Shown here one piece after another: positions 18,950 to 20,723 of a stretch of 20,723 bases of DNA. The DNA is from a virus: UHGV virus genome UHGV-0278151. One strand, 5' to 3'. The position numbers and the translations under genes were made by a program. Below the pieces are notes generated by a model. The model ran no database searches, was not told where the DNA came from, and saw only the letters and a list, made by a program, of their open reading frames with translations. Position 1 is the stretch's first letter. Each line of letters starts with the position of its first letter.

Positions 18950-19305
18950 GCGCACTCCAGCCCTGTGATTTTTATCCCCAACCGACCACCAGGAACGACC
19001 TGACCGCGCACAATATTGATTTCATCAAACTGCTCGTCGTCGATAAGCAGTCCCGCATACGTCAGCGCATCCAGCGGTGCTTTCAGAATATTGTCCAGGT
19101 CACGACGGCGCTTATCCGGCGGCTCTGCAATGATCTTTATCGCCAGCCTTCCGGACAGGTTTAATTTCAGCCGCTGCTGGCGAACAATAAGCGCCACATC
19201 ACGGCGATAACGCTCACCGGCTTTTGATACAAAATATGTGCTGCCACGACGACGCCAGTAGGTGTTCACCGTCGGCGGGTAAGGCAAAACAAACTCTATA
19301 CGCAT
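18946..19305 (-). CDS. rusA: Holliday junction resolvase RusA
   Basis: 119 aa, MRIEFVLPYPPTVNTYWRRRGSTYFVSKAGERYRRDVA...PDKRRRDLDNILKAPLDALTYAGLLIDDEQ.... It has the RusA signature (PPSVN/TY...RRDLDN...DD) and a GAGG Shine-Dalgarno before the ATG at 19303-19305. Confidence 0.85.
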   Translation of the reverse strand: MRIEFVLPYPPTVNTYWRRRGSTYFVSKAGERYRRDVALIVRQQRLKLNLSGRLAIKIIAEPPDKRRRDLDNILKAPLDALTYAGLLIDDEQFDEINIVRGQVVPGGRLGIKITGLECA

Positions 19306-19317
19306 CAGTAACCTCTT

Positions 19318-20364
19318 TTACCCGAGCACGCCGGTTGCAAAGGCGCGATCAAGAAAACGAAAAATTAAATCAATCTGGGAACCATGCTTTTCTTCGAACG
19401 CCAGCGGATCCGCATGAAGCTCGTTGTGATGCTCCCGACACAGCGGTAGCGTGAAAATATCGTGGGATTTTGTCCCTATTCCGCCCTGACCATGACCAAT
19501 CAGGTGATGGGGATCGTCGGCTGGCTTACCACAACACGCACACGGCTGTGTCTTTACCCAGCGCGTATATTTCTCATTTACCCAACGGCGACGTTTAGGT
19601 CGCTTCATGAAAGATTCCGGAGACTCCGGATCAACAGCAATGCTGACCACCGTCTTTTCCTGTGGTGGGTTTTGCTGGTGGGCGTGAGGCAGCGGCGCAA
19701 GATTTTTTGTGCGCTGCTTCAGTATGCTGATGGCGGTCTGCTCTCCCGGTACGATGTCGCTTTCGCGGTACACCGAGCGAATTTTTTCCGCACGTAACCC
19801 CAGAGAACGACGTAATACTACCTCCGGTAGTGCGTCCGCCACCTGATTGCAGACAGCCCACCAGGATAATTCAGCCAGCGATAATTCCCGCTCCTGTGTG
19901 CCATTCATTGCATGGCGCATGACGTCAATCATCCATGCTGACAGGTTTTGGTGAGCAAGTTGCTCAAGTGATTCGGAGGACTGGTCACGCAACTGGTTGT
20001 CACAGTGCCAGCACAACACCATCGCGCCAGCACCGTAACGATGTATGACGGTTTCGCTGTGATGGTAATCACCATGAGGCCACTGGCAGGATTTAATATG
20101 GCGCAACAGCCAGTCAGACAATGCACCAGCACCACCAGCAGCACGAATTACCCGTGCGTTACTGAAAAACGGCAGCAATGTTTTGTCTTCCACCAGCGGC
20201 TGGCGAGCGGCAGGAACGACCCCGGACGGCAGATTACGCATGCTTTTCGGTTCCGGCTCCACCAGTACCCGGGTATTGTGGAATACCGGCATGGATTCAC
20301 GGCCCGGCTTAACGACCACCAGCCCAAGTTCCGGTACCAGAACAGGTCGAAGTAATACCCGCAC
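19318..20364 (-). CDS. DUF968 / NinG-like nin-region protein with C-terminal Cys/His (HNH-like) motif
   Basis: About 348 aa (GTG start; an internal ATG is possible). The C-terminus reads RPKRRRWVNEKYTRWVKTQPCACCGKPADDPHHLIGHGQGG...LCREHHNELH, which resembles the lambda NinG/Rap-type Cys/His region. Confidence 0.7.
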   Translation of the reverse strand: MRVLLRPVLVPELGLVVVKPGRESMPVFHNTRVLVEPEPKSMRNLPSGVVPAARQPLVEDKTLLPFFSNARVIRAAGGAGALSDWLLRHIKSCQWPHGDYHHSETVIHRYGAGAMVLCWHCDNQLRDQSSESLEQLAHQNLSAWMIDVMRHAMNGTQERELSLAELSWWAVCNQVADALPEVVLRRSLGLRAEKIRSVYRESDIVPGEQTAISILKQRTKNLAPLPHAHQQNPPQEKTVVSIAVDPESPESFMKRPKRRRWVNEKYTRWVKTQPCACCGKPADDPHHLIGHGQGGIGTKSHDIFTLPLCREHHNELHADPLAFEEKHGSQIDLIFRFLDRAFATGVLG

Positions 20365-20365
20365 G

Positions 20366-20723
20366 TTACCTCCAGATGCGTTGCTGGAATGTACGGGACG
20401 GACGCGGTGGGCGTTCGGAGTAAGGCAATCTGACTGAGATTATCCAGTGACGGTAGTCGAGACTAAGGGCTTTCTTAACCTCGTATCCGGAGCTTAAGTT
20501 GCACGCCATTGGGTGGGTTAAGCATAAATGTAGGTCGTTGTCGATAACTTCTTTTTTTGCCCAGCGATGGATGCTGCCGTCAATGTTTCCGGCATCCACA
20601 TCACCAGGCCAGAGAGCGTAGGCCAGTTCGTCATCCAGTGTTTTCCATGTCTGCTTGTATTCGCGATGAATGGCAGCAATGACCGGGCTGATTTTTCCTG
20701 TTGAATTTTCAGTGTACTGTTGA
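20366..20723 (-). CDS. Hypothetical nin-region protein, partial (N-terminus beyond right edge of window)
   Basis: The open frame runs without stops from the window edge to TAA at 20366-20368 (...WKTLDDELAYALWPGDVDAGNIDGSIHRWAKKEVIDNDLHLCLTHPMA...QQRIWR). It is on the same strand and in the same operon-like spacing as the downstream nin genes. Confidence 0.55.
   Translation of the reverse strand, partial: QQYTENSTGKISPVIAAIHREYKQTWKTLDDELAYALWPGDVDAGNIDGSIHRWAKKEVIDNDLHLCLTHPMACNLSSGYEVKKALSLDYRHWIISVRLPYSERPPRPSRTFQQRIWR

Overview
This window is the late (morphogenesis and lysis) arm of a lambda-type prophage or phage, with almost every gene on the minus strand. All calls rest on reading the six-frame translations and the DNA directly and comparing them with phage lambda from memory; no database search was run. 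Reading right to left (the direction of transcription): a partial nin-region gene, a DUF968/NinG-like protein, RusA resolvase, a 229-aa candidate Q antiterminator, then a roughly 2.3 kb cargo and regulatory zone, a non-lambda lysis cassette, a cos site, and a lambda-like head and tail block from Nu1 to L. The cargo zone holds a PemK/MazF-like protein with no visible antitoxin, a promoter driving a short terminated transcript, a tRNA-Gly-like fragment, and a TerB-like gene coupled to a tiny membrane protein. The lysis cassette has two membrane proteins, an M15-peptidase endolysin and a small lipoprotein. Gene L is broken at about 134-137 by an apparent intragenic inversion. The best candidates for something undescribed are the orphan PemK/MazF-like gene with its unusual regulatory surroundings and the TerB-like/membrane-protein pair.
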